Shown piece after piece: positions 1-7,268 of a stretch of 26,859 nucleotides of DNA. The stretch is from positions 1-26,859 of IMG/VR virus record IMGVR_UViG_3300017713_000067; one strand, 5' to 3'. The notes beneath the pieces are model-generated. The model searched no databases and was not told the DNA's origin. It saw only the letters and a program-made list of their open reading frames with translations. The position numbers were made by a program, and so were the translations under genes. This DNA comes from a virus (lineage: Duplodnaviria > Caudoviricetes). How positions within the stretch are numbered: position 1 is the stretch's first letter; each line of letters opens with the position of its first letter.

Positions 1-131
1 ATGGAGATGATCACGTCAGATATAGTGGAAAAACTTACCACAGAAAGAACGGTAAAATAAAGTATAACGGAAAGTGGCACGAAGAGGGGAGCAAAGCGTT
101 TCCTTGGGAAAAAGCTGCTTATAAAAAATAG
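1..131 (+). CDS. 3' end of a truncated gene; possible zincin-like metallopeptidase
   Basis: Frame starting at nt 3 is open: GDDHVRYSGKTYHRKNGKIKYNGKWHEEGSKAFPWEKAAYKK, TAG at 129-131. The terminal PWExxA resembles the Glu-bearing C-terminal helix of phage zincin-like proteins. Any HExxH motif would lie outside the window. Confidence 0.45.
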   Translation, partial: GDDHVRYSGKTYHRKNGKIKYNGKWHEEGSKAFPWEKAAYKK

Positions 132-135
132 TAAC

Positions 136-435
136 ATGGGATATAAAATGAAAGGCTGTATGTACTCTAAAAAATCACCTTTAAAACAAAAGAAAAAAAC
201 AGTTGTAGGTGAAAACACTGATGAGTTAAAAAGAGATAAAAAAGGTAATAGCTATGCATTAAACATGTATGACCAAGCTGATGGTATAAATAAAGGTGAC
301 ACTATATTTGCTCCTGATTACAAGATACCAACTAGCTATGGTTATATAGAGGGTGGAGATTATGACGCTACGGAAACTAAAAGTAGTAAAAAAAGAAAGA
401 AAGGACCTAGATCTTACAATATAAAAACAAAATAA
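136..435 (+). CDS. small basic hypothetical protein with N-terminal YKMKG...KSPLKQ motif
   Basis: 99-aa ORF tightly packed between neighbours; its first 18 aa align with those of the next ORF. Confidence 0.8.
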   Translation: MGYKMKGCMYSKKSPLKQKKKTVVGENTDELKRDKKGNSYALNMYDQADGINKGDTIFAPDYKIPTSYGYIEGGDYDATETKSSKKRKKGPRSYNIKTK

Positions 436-436
436 T

Positions 437-733
437 ATGACGTTTAAAATGAAAGGGTTTTTATACCCAGGGAAATCCCCGTTAAAACAACAAGGACCTA
501 TACCTGAAAAAAATCCAGATTTAATGAAAGGTGAAATGGAAGGAACGTGGGTTTACAAGGGTAAAGATAAAAACGAAAGAATTATTGATTTAGAAGATAG
601 AGCTGAGTTTGCTTCAAGCGATGCTGAAGGTGCTGAGGGCAAAGAAAAGAAGAAACACTTGGCTAATGCTAAAAAACTTCAACACGAGGCTGATATTATT
701 AGAAACAGAAAGCCAGATAAAAAACAAAAGTAA
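437..733 (+). CDS. small charged hypothetical protein with N-terminal FKMKG...KSPLKQ motif
   Basis: 98-aa ORF; TAATG stop/start overlap with the holin-like gene; shared N-terminal motif. Confidence 0.8.
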   Translation: MTFKMKGFLYPGKSPLKQQGPIPEKNPDLMKGEMEGTWVYKGKDKNERIIDLEDRAEFASSDAEGAEGKEKKKHLANAKKLQHEADIIRNRKPDKKQK

Positions 734-1125
734 TGAGTATATTAACAAAAATATTTTCTTCTGGAGCAACAGAGCTTATAAAGGGTGTTGGTGGTGTTAT
801 AGACAATCTACACACGTCGAAGGAAGAAAAGCTAGCTGCTGAACTTAAGGTTAAAGAGCTTATAGCTAGTTACGAGGCTGAAATGCAAAAACAAGTTACA
901 GAAAGATGGAAGATGGACATGCAGTCAGACTCTTGGCTGTCCAAAAATATAAGACCATTAGTATTAATTTTTTTAGTAGTATCAACAGTGTTATTAGTTT
1001 TTATAGACGCTGGTGTTATAGCTTTTGAAGTTAAAGCTTCTTGGGTAGACTTATTACAATTAGTATTAATAACCGTGATCGGTGCCTACTTCGGAGGACG
1101 TTCACTTGAAAAAGTAAAAAAATAA
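733..1125 (+). CDS. holin-like membrane protein (GTA-type 3TM holin family)
   Basis: Amphipathic N-terminus, coiled segment, DSWLSKNIRPL motif, two hydrophobic helices, and GAYFGGRSLEK C-terminus typical of this family. Confidence 0.75.
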   Translation: MSILTKIFSSGATELIKGVGGVIDNLHTSKEEKLAAELKVKELIASYEAEMQKQVTERWKMDMQSDSWLSKNIRPLVLIFLVVSTVLLVFIDAGVIAFEVKASWVDLLQLVLITVIGAYFGGRSLEKVKK

Positions 1126-1128
1126 ATT

Positions 1129-1728
1129 ATGGCAACAAATTACAACTTTGATCCGTTAGGATCTATGGGTAGCGTTTATACTGACGCTAATAGCGCTGTT
1201 ATACCGCCGCAGGGAATGGTTATTACAGCTATACAATTTTTAGCAGACAATATATTAACTGAGTTACTAGCAGAACAACACCCAGCTGGCGTAGCCGCTG
1301 GACCAAAGTATATTAGTACAACTGTCGCTCATGCGGCTGGTGACGCTAGTCAAGCTTGTGGTAATGGTAATTCAGTTGGGCCAACAATAACAATGACTGG
1401 TACTAATGCAGCTGTTAAAGTAGGACAAAGAGTTACAACAGCAACACCAAGCGCTACATTTCCATCTCACCACGATTATGCCACAGGTATTGACCCTGTT
1501 TTTATTACAGCAATATCAGCTAACGGTTTAGTTTTAACACTATCTAGAAACGTTGCACTTTCTAATGGTACTAACATGGAGTTTTCAGCTCCTCTTGGCA
1601 CTGGTCACGGTGGTATAGAAACTGACAATGCTGTTTTTCCAAAAGGTTTAACTATATATGGTAGATGGACAAGCGTTAAAGCTACACCTGATGCAAATGG
1701 TGGTATAATCTGTTACTTCGGAGTTTAA
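1129..1728 (+). CDS. putative virion structural protein
   Basis: 199 aa, Gly/Thr/Ala-rich and beta-like; ends FPKGLTIYGRWTSV...IICYFG; carries an internal VKVGQRV...ITAI...LTLS module. Confidence 0.6.
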   Translation: MATNYNFDPLGSMGSVYTDANSAVIPPQGMVITAIQFLADNILTELLAEQHPAGVAAGPKYISTTVAHAAGDASQACGNGNSVGPTITMTGTNAAVKVGQRVTTATPSATFPSHHDYATGIDPVFITAISANGLVLTLSRNVALSNGTNMEFSAPLGTGHGGIETDNAVFPKGLTIYGRWTSVKATPDANGGIICYFGV

Positions 1729-2144
1729 TGTTAGGCTTAAGTTTAAATGGACAAGCTTCACGCTCTTCAGCCGTAGTTATAGAAGATTATTTATGGTCTT
1801 CCGTGACAGCTGGCGAAATAACACCTAGATTTAGTGACGTTAGACTAAGCAATGTTCAAGACTTTAATGATGCTTGGGATATAGGCGAAGTAGGTAATTC
1901 CACTGGTGGTGACGCTGGTGGAGGGATGTTTAGTACTGCTTCAAGAAATCACATGATGCCAGCAACAGACCCAAACCCAAATTACTTTTCTGATGACGAA
2001 GGTTATTGGGTTGTTACAGAGGCAAACAACTTAGCGATGACTGATGCTGAGGACATGAGGGTTGGTCAAGACGGGGATAGTGATACAGAGTTGACACCAA
2101 TAGCTGTAGGAAACTTCCCTATTGGAGATGGAAATTACGTATAA
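1728..2144 (+). CDS. putative tail-associated protein (MLGL N-terminus), acidic
   Basis: 138 aa, TAATG-coupled to the upstream gene; MLGLxL starts are common among small phage tail-associated proteins. Confidence 0.5.
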   Translation: MLGLSLNGQASRSSAVVIEDYLWSSVTAGEITPRFSDVRLSNVQDFNDAWDIGEVGNSTGGDAGGGMFSTASRNHMMPATDPNPNYFSDDEGYWVVTEANNLAMTDAEDMRVGQDGDSDTELTPIAVGNFPIGDGNYV

Positions 2145-2165
2145 AAATAAATAAAAAAATAAGAT

Positions 2166-2669
2166 ATGGCAACACCAAGTGTAGTACCTAGAGCCGACGG
2201 CGAGGGTAAAATAGGAACATCAATAAAAAGATGGTCTGAAGGTCACTATGACCAGTTAGAGTTAGGACATCCAACTAGACCTATAACAGGTTACGAGTCT
2301 TTTATAATATGCGCGTCAGACGAAACAACAGCTATAACAACTGGAGATGACAAAGTTAGGTTTACAATGCCTTACTCATTTCACGTAGAGGAAATAAAAG
2401 CAACACTAAGCGCGACTAGTACTAGTGGTAATGTTACTGTTCAGGTTACTGAAAACGGTGCTGCAAATAACATAACATCAGCGGCTATATCAATAACTGC
2501 AGGCGCGGTATTAGGAACTACTACTACTTTTGGTAGTGGCGGTGGAACAAATCCAGATGCAAATATACCAGAGGATGCTGTTGTAGGTGTAAATATAGAT
2601 GGCGCTGGAACAGCTGCTAAAGGTTTAAAAGTAATGATAATAGGATACAGAAGTAATCACACTTTATAA
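2166..2669 (+). CDS. putative tail fibre/adaptor protein
   Basis: N-terminal VPRADGEGKIGTSIKRW fibre-like segment; C-terminal beta-sandwich-like domain (ASDETTAITTG...FTMP...AKGLKVMIIG). Confidence 0.55.
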   Translation: MATPSVVPRADGEGKIGTSIKRWSEGHYDQLELGHPTRPITGYESFIICASDETTAITTGDDKVRFTMPYSFHVEEIKATLSATSTSGNVTVQVTENGAANNITSAAISITAGAVLGTTTTFGSGGGTNPDANIPEDAVVGVNIDGAGTAAKGLKVMIIGYRSNHTL

Positions 2670-3481
2670 TGAGTAATATAATTATAAATCCATTTGCTTT
2701 TGGTGGCTTTCACAACACCACAACTAACACTCAATCATTTTCGTTTGATGGGGCGGGTGATTTTCTCTCTCGTGCAGATGATAATAACTGGGATTTTATA
2801 GATGGCAGTGCTACTGGCACCGATAACGAGAAGCATAGTTTTTCTTTTTGGATGAAGAGAAACGTGGCTAATGGTACTTATGGTATAATTTCAAAATATA
2901 GCGGAGGTGCTAATAATTCTTATAGACATTTCTACCACACCAGTGGGAGTGGTGGTTTATTCTTAGATACTTATCAGGGGTCTGGTAGTGCTTACAAAAG
3001 AAGAGTTATTGAAAATCAATTTAACACCAATTGGGAGCATCACGTTTGGGTTCACGATGGAAATCCTACAGGTTGGAAACTTTACATAAATGGAGTTCTA
3101 CAAACTGACACTAATAATACGGGTGGTACTGGTGGTGAAATGGTTGATACAGCTGCTGCTGTTTATATTGGAAAAGCAAGTGGCTTGTCTGATTTAGCTG
3201 GTAAGATGTGTCAGTTCATGGCTTGGAAAGGTATTGAGTTAGACCAAGCAGCAGCGACATATCTGTATGCCGGCGGTACAGCAATGAGAAACCCAACGTT
3301 AGCAGGTAATCAAGGAACTGGAGTTTACACACAAACACAAGCAGACGGTTTGTTAGTTTGGTTACCCATGGACGATGCTAATGGTGCTGATGATCACTCG
3401 GGGTCAACTCATGGAACACATAATTTTACAAAAAACGGTAACTGTGACGTTACAACAGGAGCGGGTAACGTACCATTCTAA
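2669..3481 (+). CDS. LamG/concanavalin A-like lectin domain protein, putative receptor-binding tail tip
   Basis: SFSFDGAGDFL, SFSFWMK, WEHHVWVHDG, WKLYING, VYIG and GLLVWLPMDD are LamG-like signatures; short IINPFAF N-terminal peptide. Confidence 0.75.
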   Translation: MSNIIINPFAFGGFHNTTTNTQSFSFDGAGDFLSRADDNNWDFIDGSATGTDNEKHSFSFWMKRNVANGTYGIISKYSGGANNSYRHFYHTSGSGGLFLDTYQGSGSAYKRRVIENQFNTNWEHHVWVHDGNPTGWKLYINGVLQTDTNNTGGTGGEMVDTAAAVYIGKASGLSDLAGKMCQFMAWKGIELDQAAATYLYAGGTAMRNPTLAGNQGTGVYTQTQADGLLVWLPMDDANGADDHSGSTHGTHNFTKNGNCDVTTGAGNVPF

Positions 3482-3498
3482 TAAGTTATCTACAATAC

Positions 3499-3518
3499 GT
3501 GTAACTATATAGTTACAA
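3499..3518 (+). promoter_or_regulatory. palindromic promoter/operator-like box
   Basis: Perfect 18-bp palindrome TGTAACTATATAGTTACA at 3500-3517 in an intergenic gap; 16/20 identical to 22721-22740. Confidence 0.55.
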
Positions 3519-3539
3519 AATAAACTTAAATTAAATATA

Positions 3540-3836
3540 ATGTCAAAAAACACAAGTAAAATGATAAAAGAACTTAAAGGTATTAAACCTGAAATTATCA
3601 AAAAAGAAGAATTAACTAGATTAAGAGAAATAGTTGGGGCTATAAACGAAAACAAAATGGGCATAGGAACGCTTGAAGCCCAAAAACATAGTCTAATACA
3701 CCAGTTAGCTGCGATAAACGAAAGATTAACAGTTATGCAAGATGAACTAATGAAAGAGTATGGTACTCTAGATATAGACATAAACACTGGTGAAATAAAA
3801 TATAATGAAAATGACGAAGCTAATAAGAAAGATTAG
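3540..3836 (+). CDS. small coiled-coil protein (possible fibre assembly chaperone)
   Basis: 98 aa with heptad pattern ending EYGTLDIDINTGEI; located after the fibre genes. Confidence 0.6.
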   Translation: MSKNTSKMIKELKGIKPEIIKKEELTRLREIVGAINENKMGIGTLEAQKHSLIHQLAAINERLTVMQDELMKEYGTLDIDINTGEIKYNENDEANKKD

Positions 3837-4032
3837 TATAGGTAAAGACTACAAAAATGATGCTATGCATTATGCTGTTGGTCAAGAAGTATACGGTGGA
3901 CATAAAATATGTGATATAGTAGAAGAGGAAACTAAGTTTTCTGTTTACATAACAAAAAACAAAGAGGTTTTACCTTGGAAAGACTTCAACAAGAACATGG
4001 CTGTATCTGTAGAGTATAACTTACAATATTAA
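3805..4032 (+). CDS. small phage hypothetical protein
   Basis: IRKISIGKDYKNDAMHYAVGQEVYGGH...PWKDFNKNMAVSVEY; the true start may be the ATG at 3811. Confidence 0.7.
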   Translation: MKMTKLIRKISIGKDYKNDAMHYAVGQEVYGGHKICDIVEEETKFSVYITKNKEVLPWKDFNKNMAVSVEYNLQY

Positions 4033-4037
4033 AAATT

Positions 4038-4241
4038 ATGGCATATAAACAAGCAGGGTGGTCTCCATTTACAAAGCTAGATGATAAGGCTAGAAAGAAA
4101 GAAATAAAAACTTTCATAAAAAACAACATGGATAAAATGTCTGACGCTGAAATGATGAAAGCTGTTAGATCAAAATCTGATAATAAGACTGAGTACAATT
4201 GGAACGTTAAAACCAAAGAAGTAGAAGCTCATGATTTATAA
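4038..4241 (+). CDS. small hypothetical protein with N-terminal YKQAGWSPFTK motif
   Basis: 67 aa; A-rich leader; TAATG coupling to the next gene; N-terminus is a variant of the motif in ORFs 136 and 437. Confidence 0.7.
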   Translation: MAYKQAGWSPFTKLDDKARKKEIKTFIKNNMDKMSDAEMMKAVRSKSDNKTEYNWNVKTKEVEAHDL

Positions 4242-4831
4242 TGAAAAGCGTTTATAACTTTGTTGTTGAGCCTATTGGTGGTAGATATAATAATACTAAA
4301 AATGTTGGTGATTCTGAATTGATATTAAACACAGAAATGTACAATCACAAGTATGTTAATAGAGAAGCCAAAGTATTATCATCGCCTATAATAACTAATA
4401 GTAATATAAAAGTTGGTGATAAGGTTATATTACATCACAATGTTTTTAGAAGGTGGGAAAATCAGTATGGTGAAGAGAAAAACAGCAGAAGCTATTTTGA
4501 AGAAAATAAATATTTTGTAAATGAAGATCAAATATTTTTGTACAAAAGAAATAAAGATTGGATAGCACCAAAAGAATATTGTTTTATAAAACCAATCAAA
4601 AGCATAGACAACTACGATAATAACAGTGAAAGACCTTGTATAGGTATAGTTAAGTATTCTGTAGAAAAAAGTTTAATTGGTTGTTTAGTTGGTTTTCACC
4701 CTGGTTCTGAATACGAGTTTGTTGTGGACGGACAAAGACTATATAGAGTTTTATCAAATTTAATTACAATAAAATATGAATATCAAGGAAACGAAGAAGA
4801 ATATAATCCTAGCTGGGCAGAAAGCAGTTGA
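4241..4831 (+). CDS. GroES/Cpn10-like co-chaperonin, apparently two tandem domains
   Basis: Domain 1: FVVEP...AKVLSSP...IKVGDKVILH...YFVNEDQIF. Domain 2: YCFIKP...GIVKY...VGFHPGSEYEFVVDGQRLYRV, matching the GroES pattern KVGDxV...EIxIDGxxYLI. Confidence 0.65.
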   Translation: MKSVYNFVVEPIGGRYNNTKNVGDSELILNTEMYNHKYVNREAKVLSSPIITNSNIKVGDKVILHHNVFRRWENQYGEEKNSRSYFEENKYFVNEDQIFLYKRNKDWIAPKEYCFIKPIKSIDNYDNNSERPCIGIVKYSVEKSLIGCLVGFHPGSEYEFVVDGQRLYRVLSNLITIKYEYQGNEEEYNPSWAESS

Positions 4832-5051
4832 AGAGCTAATTAAAGTAGCTAAAGAAGCAATCGTTGATTCAGACGATGATATATCAGCAGATAGACTTAA
4901 AAATGCAGCTGCGACAAAGAAACTCGCTATATTTGATGCATTTGAAATACTTAACAGAATCCAAGAAGAAGAAAGCTTACTTGAAGGTAGATCACCTGAG
5001 AAAAACAAAGAGCAAGTCTTTAAGGGTTTCGCAGAAGGTAGATCAAAATGA
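4776..5051 (+). CDS. terminase small subunit (putative)
   Basis: 91-aa helical protein immediately upstream of TerL with an ATGA overlap. Confidence 0.6.
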   Translation: MNIKETKKNIILAGQKAVEELIKVAKEAIVDSDDDISADRLKNAAATKKLAIFDAFEILNRIQEEESLLEGRSPEKNKEQVFKGFAEGRSK

Positions 5052-7267
5052 AGTACGAGCAAACACTAGTAAAAACGATAGATCCTGTTAAAAAAACAAC
5101 AATAAGCAGGCTTAATAAAAACAAAAAATGGGAATATGGATACAATAAAGAGCATGATATCGTGGTTATCTCTAAAACTGGAAAAATTGGACAAGTGGTG
5201 GAGATTCAAAATTTGCGAATTGGGTTGCCGCTTGAACCGAAAACAGTGTACGTGCACCCTAAAAACAAATGGGTAAAATTAGATCAACCACAAGAATTAA
5301 GTAGGTTAAAAAATATATTCGACTGGAGAAGTTATCCTGAAGAGCAAAAAGAGCAGTGGTTTGATTACATAGACGAAGAGTTCAAGAGAAGAGACGAAGG
5401 TTTTTGGTTTACTAACAATGGTAAGCCAACATACATAACAGGCGCTCACTATATGTATTTGCAGTGGAGTAAGATAGATGTAGGCGCACCGGATTTTAGA
5501 GAGGCAAATAGATTGTTCTTTATATTTTGGGAAGCTTGTAAAGCAGATAAAAGATGTTATGGGATGTGCTATCTTAAAAACAGACGTTCTGGATTTTCTT
5601 TTATGTCGTCAGCCGAAGCGGTTAATCAAGCCACTATATCAAGTGATAGTAGATATGGTATATTATCAAAAAGTGGAGCTGATGCTAAAAAAATGTTTAC
5701 AGACAAGGTAGTACCTATTAGTATAAACTATCCATTTTTCTTTAAACCTATTCAAGATGGTATGGACCGTCCTAAATCCGAGCTCGCTTATCGTGTACCT
5801 GCTAGTAAGTTTACTAGAAAAAAGATAACAACAAACGAAAAGCTAGAGAATATAAAAGGCTTAGATACAACTATAGATTGGAAAAATACTGGAGACAATA
5901 GTTATGACGGTGAAAAACTAGCGTTACTAGTACATGATGAAAGTGGTAAGTGGGAAAGACCTGACAATATATTAAACAACTGGAGAGTTACAAAAACATG
6001 TTTACGATTAGGTAGTAGAATTATAGGTAAGTGCATGATGGGTTCAACATCTAACGCTTTAGATAAAGGAGGCGATAACTTTAAAAAACTATACAATGCA
6101 AGCGATGTCTCAAAAAGAAATAGAAATGGTCAGACAAAGTCTGGTTTATACTCTTTGTTTATCCCAATGGAATGGAACTACGAAGGATTTATTGATGAGC
6201 ACGGAGTTCCAGTTTTCACTACTCCTGATGTCGACGTGTTTGCCCCAGACGGTGAACTGATAGATGTAGGCGTAATAGATAACTGGCAAAACGAGGCTGA
6301 TGGTTTGAAGGGTGATCCGGATGCTTTAAATGAGTTTTACCGTCAATTTCCTCGAACTACAGAGCACGCTTTTAGAGATGAGGCAAAAAACAGTATATTT
6401 AATTTAACAAAAATATACGAGCAGATAGATTACAACGAAGAGCTTGGTAGAAGTTTGGGTATAACAAAAGGTAATTTTCAGTGGGTAAACGGGGTAAAGG
6501 ACTCTAGGGTTATATTTTATCCAGACATAAATGGTAGGTTTAACATATCTTGGGTTCCACCTCAACCAATACAAAACAATGTAGTTATAAAAAATGGTAT
6601 ACGATACCCTGGAAACGAGCATGTTGGTGCTTTTGGTTGTGATAGTTACGATATCAGTGGTACTGTAGATGGTCAAGGTTCAAAAGGAGCACTACACGGA
6701 TTAACAAAATTCTCCATGGAAGACGCTCCGGCTAATAGTTTTTTTCTTGAATACTTAGCTAGACCGCAAACAGCTGATATGTTTTTTGAGGATGTTTTAA
6801 TGGCTTGTGTTTTTTATGGCATGCCTTTGTTAGCTGAAAATAATAAACCAAGATTATTGTATTACTTTAGAAGAAGAGGTTATAGAGGTTTTAGTATGAA
6901 CAGACCTGATAAAGTTTGGAACAAGCTATCTGTAGCGGAAAAAGAAGTAGGTGGAATACCAAACTCTAGTGAAGACATTAAGCAGGCTCATGCCGCTGCT
7001 ATCGAGATGTATATACAAGATCACGTTGGTATGAAGCAAGATGGGACACATGGTGGTATGTATTTTAACGTAACACTTAACGACTGGAGTAGGTTTGATA
7101 TAAATAGAAGAACCAAGTATGACGCTTCTATAAGTTCTGGTTTAGCTATAATGGCTTGTAACAGACATTTGTACAGACCTAACCCAAGATTAGAAAAACA
7201 AGAGTTAAACTTAAATATTTCTAAGTATAACAACAAGGGAGTAAATTCAAAAATAATTAAACGATAA
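5048..7267 (+). CDS. terL: terminase large subunit
   Basis: Variant Walker A (LKNRRSGFS), Walker B (LLVHDESG), motif III-like GSTSN, RNase H-like nuclease motifs (AFGCDSYD, LAENN, YDASISSG); sits directly before the portal. Confidence 0.92.
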   Translation: MKYEQTLVKTIDPVKKTTISRLNKNKKWEYGYNKEHDIVVISKTGKIGQVVEIQNLRIGLPLEPKTVYVHPKNKWVKLDQPQELSRLKNIFDWRSYPEEQKEQWFDYIDEEFKRRDEGFWFTNNGKPTYITGAHYMYLQWSKIDVGAPDFREANRLFFIFWEACKADKRCYGMCYLKNRRSGFSFMSSAEAVNQATISSDSRYGILSKSGADAKKMFTDKVVPISINYPFFFKPIQDGMDRPKSELAYRVPASKFTRKKITTNEKLENIKGLDTTIDWKNTGDNSYDGEKLALLVHDESGKWERPDNILNNWRVTKTCLRLGSRIIGKCMMGSTSNALDKGGDNFKKLYNASDVSKRNRNGQTKSGLYSLFIPMEWNYEGFIDEHGVPVFTTPDVDVFAPDGELIDVGVIDNWQNEADGLKGDPDALNEFYRQFPRTTEHAFRDEAKNSIFNLTKIYEQIDYNEELGRSLGITKGNFQWVNGVKDSRVIFYPDINGRFNISWVPPQPIQNNVVIKNGIRYPGNEHVGAFGCDSYDISGTVDGQGSKGALHGLTKFSMEDAPANSFFLEYLARPQTADMFFEDVLMACVFYGMPLLAENNKPRLLYYFRRRGYRGFSMNRPDKVWNKLSVAEKEVGGIPNSSEDIKQAHAAAIEMYIQDHVGMKQDGTHGGMYFNVTLNDWSRFDINRRTKYDASISSGLAIMACNRHLYRPNPRLEKQELNLNISKYNNKGVNSKIIKR

Positions 7268-7268
7268 T

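Noticed and set aside
609-842. Alternate-frame + strand ORF overlapping the holin start (possible spanin or antiholin)
   Set aside because: No lipobox or TM segment; fully overlaps two better ORFs.
2669-3481. Diversity-generating retroelement target in the lectin gene
   Set aside because: No template/variable repeat pair or reverse transcriptase was seen in the window.
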